64,000 nt of DNA, from contig NMRA01000128.1 of NCBI GenBank assembly GCA_002633005.1, forward strand, positions 837,822-901,821, given 5' to 3'. Below are positions 63,775-64,000 of this stretch, piece after piece. The position numbers were made by a program, and so were the translations under genes. Below the pieces are notes generated by a model, which saw only the letters and a program-made list of their open reading frames with translations, was not told the DNA's origin and searched no databases. The stretch is from Phoronis australis (lineage: Eukaryota; Animalia; Phoronida). Position 1 is the first letter of the stretch. The number at the start of each line of letters is the position of its first letter.

Positions 63775-64000
63775 GTAAGCCATCTTTACACCATCACATT
63801 CATTATTTTAATAGTTGCATCATGACATGCCACATTCAGGCCATAGGTAAGACATCTTTACATCATCACAGTCATTAGTTCAGTAGTTGCATCATGACAT
63901 GCCACATTCAGGCCATAGGTAAGACATCTTTACACCATCACATTCATTAGTTCAGTAGTTGCATCATGACATGCCACATTCAGGCCATAGGTAAGACATC
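63761..64000 (+). repeat. 72-bp tandem repeat made of a UBR exon end plus donor, more than 3 copies, running off the window
   Basis: CATTCAGG(T/C)CATAG|GTAAG starts at 63761, 63833, 63905 and 63977. Confidence 0.95.

Overview
AT-rich, intron-rich animal genomic DNA, most likely from a marine invertebrate (species not determinable), in a draft assembly with single-n contig joins (9344, 12516, 16171, 42949, 59235) and one N gap (32207-32353). Spliced genes reconstructed by hand: the 3' end of GATM (+); a complete 11-exon PSMC1/Rpt2 (-, 440 aa); a ~30-exon CatSper-epsilon-like gene (+, 5' end unresolved); a 5-exon LPGAT1 (-); and one isolated internal UBR1/UBR2-like exon (+) at the right edge. 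Introns hold Helentron-associated (HINE-like) repeats, Harbinger and Tc1-type MITEs, LINE and Penelope fragments, a possible decayed Polinton/Maverick, and a small LTR element whose LTR contains a tRNA-like Pol III promoter (Helenus-like TRIM). Notable patterns: four unrelated tandem repeats whose unit is an authentic splice junction, and three uncollapsed-haplotype duplications, two showing filled versus empty transposon sites and one a minisatellite length difference. All homology calls are from recalled motifs, not database searches.
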